The notes under the pieces: model-generated | The model's input: the letters and a program-made list of their open reading frames with translations, nothing else | The model's database searches: none | Told to the model about the DNA's origin: nothing | Source: Massalongia carnosa | Taxonomy: Eukaryota | Length of the DNA: 64,000 nt | Reading direction: 5' to 3' | Assembly (NCBI GenBank): GCA_965645245.1 | Contig: OZ287069.1 | Coordinates: 930,001 to 994,000, forward strand | Shown: in pieces, positions 62,644-64,000 of the stretch | Layout of the letters: each line of letters starts with the position of its first letter | How positions within the stretch are numbered: position 1 is the stretch's first letter | Made by a program: the position numbers and the translations under genes

Positions 62644-63981
62644 CAGTCCCGTGCCAAAAGTCTGCGGCCCAACCCGTGATTTTCGTGATTTCGCGTTTTC
62701 AACTCATCAACCCCCCATCTTCCACCTCATCATTTCACCATGCTTCGTGCTTCTTTGACCCCCATAAGTGGTAATCGGCCTCATAACACTAAATTGACGC
62801 CATATCAACGTGGTATAACTGTTAGGGCCCAGGCGTTGGGGCACACACCGACCGAGATTGGGAAGACTCTTAATTTCACTAAATCGACCGTGCAGAGCAC
62901 CATTCAGAAGCACTCAATTCGCAACGACGGCGTGTCTAAATCACGTTCTAGACAGCCTAAAGTGCTGTCAGAACGCGATCGACGTTATATCTTCAAGCAT
63001 GCACGAATCAATCCACGAATCACTTATGCACAAATCAAACTAGAAGTGAGGCTCGGTTGCAGTCGTATGACCATTTATCGGGCACTCAAACTGTATGGTT
63101 TAACCAACTGGGTGGCTAAAAAACGACCTACATTGACGCCTGAGGTGGCCAAGAAACGATTGGATTGGTGCTTGCTGCGGCGTGAGTAGACTTTTGAGCA
63201 GTGGTCAAGAGTTATATGGTCAGATGAGTGCTCGGTGGAAAAGGGGTCAGGAAAACAGCGTCAGTGGGTGTTCAGATTGCCGAAAGAAAAATGGAATAAA
63301 GAGATGATACAACCTGTCCCCAAAGGCAAAGGAGTCAGTGTCATGGTTTGGGCAGCTTTTTGGGGAGATGACAGGTCAGATCTTTACAAATTGGCTCGTG
63401 ATTTTGCTGCGAAGAAGATGGGGTACTCGGCAAACTCATATCTGGAATTATTGAACGATAATCTGCTTGGAATTTGGCAACCGGGCCTCATTTTCATGCA
63501 GGATAACGCACCTATATATAAGGCTAAAAAGTTGATGGAATGGTTCAATGAGAACGGCATAGAGGTCATCGACTGGCCCCCCTATTCACCTGATTTAAAT
63601 CCTATCGAGCACGTTTGGTATGTGCTCAAAAAGCTCGTCTATCAAGTCAACCCGAACATAGATTTGGTGATCGGCAGTAATGAAACTGTTCGTGAGGTAC
63701 TTTGGAAAGCGTTAGAAGAAGCCTAGACGTTGATAGATGTGAAAATGATGAGGAGGTTAATAGAGAGCATGAATAGGAGGATAAAAGCGTGTATAGCGTC
63801 GGAAGGATGGTATACTAAATATTAAAAACCAAATTTTGGGGGAATTCTTGTTTGGTATGTATGTAATCATTATGTAAAATTTCAAGACATTAAAGCAATC
63901 ATGACGTGGTTGGTTGTTGATTGAATAGAATGATTGAAATGTTGGTGGGGTGCGGGGCCGCAGACTTTTGGCCTAGTACTG
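62644..63981 (+). mobile_element. Tc1/mariner (impala-like) transposon, diverged relative of 9483-10817, TA target duplication
   Basis: TA|CAGTCCCGTGCCAAAAGTCTGCGGCCC ... GGGCCGCAGACTTTTGGCCTAGTACTG|TA. Confidence 0.95.
62740..63825 (+). pseudogene. Tc1 transposase, single frame of 361 codons with two premature TAG
   Basis: WSDE, QDNAPIY, WPPYSPDLNPIE. TAG at 63187-63189 and 63724-63726 align with TGG (Trp) in the copy at 9579. Confidence 0.92.
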
Positions 63982-64000
63982 TAGATAGCTTTGCCCGCAT

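Overview
Eukaryotic, intron-containing DNA of a filamentous ascomycete (Pezizomycotina; short GT-AG introns with CTRAC branch sites). A lichen-forming Lecanoromycete is plausible but cannot be shown from the window. The backbone is housekeeping: CDC14 (5' part), PCC1, two conserved hypothetical genes, NAD kinase, RRP46, RRD2/PTPA, a PEX4-like E2, a MYND protein, DBP5, BZZ1, SPE3, a COL-26/BglR-type Zn2Cys6 factor, transketolase, a GAF-fold fRMsr gene, a SLIP-GC/dynamin-like GTPase and a GH72 glucanosyltransferase. Interspersed are three decayed Tc1/mariner elements, a near full-length Tad1-like LINE, an LTR plus gag relic, nested MITE/foldback structures and a subtilisin pseudogene. No CRISPR, tRNA or rRNA gene was seen. 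I found no clearly new multi-gene system. The best leads are: (i) an fRMsr gene with intact architecture, including a 5-nt microexon, but one in-frame TAG at a conserved Trp; (ii) a head-to-tail LTR-end junction fragment inside a transposase; (iii) left/right TIR asymmetry conserved between two diverged Tc1 elements; (iv) a perfect 50-bp foldback; (v) a recurrent non-coding TACNGAGTA motif. Exon boundaries were read by eye and are approximate unless stated.
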